This document shows positions 53,250 through 53,447 of a stretch of DNA of 53,447 nt, piece after piece (position 1 is the first letter of the stretch; every line of letters starts with the position of its first letter). Source of the DNA: Phycisphaerae bacterium (lineage in GTDB: Bacteria; Planctomycetota; Phycisphaerae; Sedimentisphaerales; Anaerohalosphaeraceae); contig JAHDQI010000037.1 of assembly GCA_018433925.1 (NCBI GenBank), positions 1 through 53,447 of the forward strand. Direction: 5' to 3'. The position numbers and the translations under genes are program-made. The notes below the pieces were generated by a model, which saw nothing but the letters and a program-made list of their open reading frames with translations, did not search any database and was not told where the DNA came from.

Positions 53250-53426
53250 CTACTGATCCAGCTTGATCCGCACAGTGGGATCGCTATCGGCGGTGGCCTT
53301 GATGCATTTGCCGAGTTTCTTGTTGGCCCTGGGCAAGTCAAAGACCCTCTCAATGGCCAGCGCCTCCAGCTGATTAGACGGGATGTCGACCTTAGCAATG
53401 CCGATCAAATCTTCCTGAGCAACCAT
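53250..53426 (-). CDS. Small 58-aa ORF of unknown function (below the ORF-track cutoff)
   Basis: ATG 53426 to TAG 53250 encodes MVAQEDLIGIAKVDIPSNQLEALAIERVFDLPRANKKLGKCIKATADSDPTVRIKLDQ. An in-frame TAG lies 9 nt upstream of the ATG. It is GC-richer than the adjacent AT-rich spacer. The RBS is weak and no family was recognised. Confidence 0.3.
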   Translation of the reverse strand: MVAQEDLIGIAKVDIPSNQLEALAIERVFDLPRANKKLGKCIKATADSDPTVRIKLDQ

Positions 53427-53447
53427 ATCCCGAACCTACGACCTAGC

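Noticed and set aside
53174-53266. 30-aa plus-strand mini-ORF (MYFIYNSLCDSRKKNVYMRKEFFLTPTDPA) downstream of an AAGGAGAA sequence
   Set aside because: The SD-like sequence is about 24 nt from the ATG, which is too far. The ORF is AT-rich low-complexity sequence and overlaps the 3' end of the better-supported minus-strand ORF.
1-53447. Searches for a CRISPR array, tRNA/rRNA genes, IS/transposase/integrase genes, prophage genes, toxin-antitoxin systems or known defence-system genes
   Set aside because: No short regularly spaced repeats, cloverleaf-like GTTCGAATC/CCA ends, or nuclease, ATPase, recombinase or RT-type ORFs were seen. All intergenic regions longer than 150 nt (9800-10087, 11849-12052, 15639-15967, 16805-17016, 19081-19539, 36687-36887, 52908-53249) were read on both strands.

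Overview
This 53.4-kb window is a dense glycan-utilisation region with about 31 protein genes. I found no rRNA, tRNA, CRISPR array, transposase/integrase or recognisable defence gene. All family calls come from motif recall by eye; no database search was run.

Lineage signature: three prepilin-type N-terminal ([15 protein letters not shown]) proteins with a C-terminal DGH motif, two PEP-CTERM proteins and many dockerin-like GD.N.DC..D..DL...WL segments. These point to a PVC-superphylum bacterium (Kiritimatiellota, Lentisphaerota or Planctomycetota-like).

Gene content falls into three modules:
1. Plus-strand mannoside / N-glycan-like module, 114-9799: PEP-CTERM beta-helix protein, triple-repeat protein, prepilin-like protein, SSS transporter, GH130 and two GH99-like proteins.
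2. Minus-strand block, 36686-10088: eda, GH127, two giant paralogous exported proteins, kdgK, an atypical NRAMP-like transporter, GH51, two smaller exported proteins, a prepilin-like protein and a BNR / URO-D-like / BNR triad. A divergent XylR-type (sugar-binding domain + AraC HTH) regulator sits at 36888-38048.
3. Minus-strand sialic-acid operon, 52907-38069: PEP-CTERM LamG-like protein, GntR-type regulator, 2xLamG protein, prepilin-like protein, LamG-dockerin-sialidase, nanA, sialidase, SGNH + sialate O-acetylesterase, N-acylglucosamine 2-epimerase and a Kelch(NanM-like)-SSS fusion transporter.

Most unusual observations:
- Four exported proteins form a complete 2x2 matrix of two N-terminal heads (LamG vs G-G-T beta-helix) and two C-terminal tails (short PKD/dockerin-like vs a ~1,160-aa uncharacterised propeller-like + parallel beta-helix + double Cys-rich dockerin-like tail).
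- A 67-nt promoter/operator module occurs three times with identical internal spacing: TATAAT, then two AACACC-N4-TGCGA direct repeats 21 bp apart. It sits in front of eda and the two short family members, next to the AraC-type regulator.
- Dockerin-like tags occur on eight proteins, with no obvious cohesin partner.
- Further oddities include BNR proteins lacking the sialidase RIP arginine that flank a URO-D-like gene, an NRAMP homologue without metal-binding residues, and a compositional mosaic.
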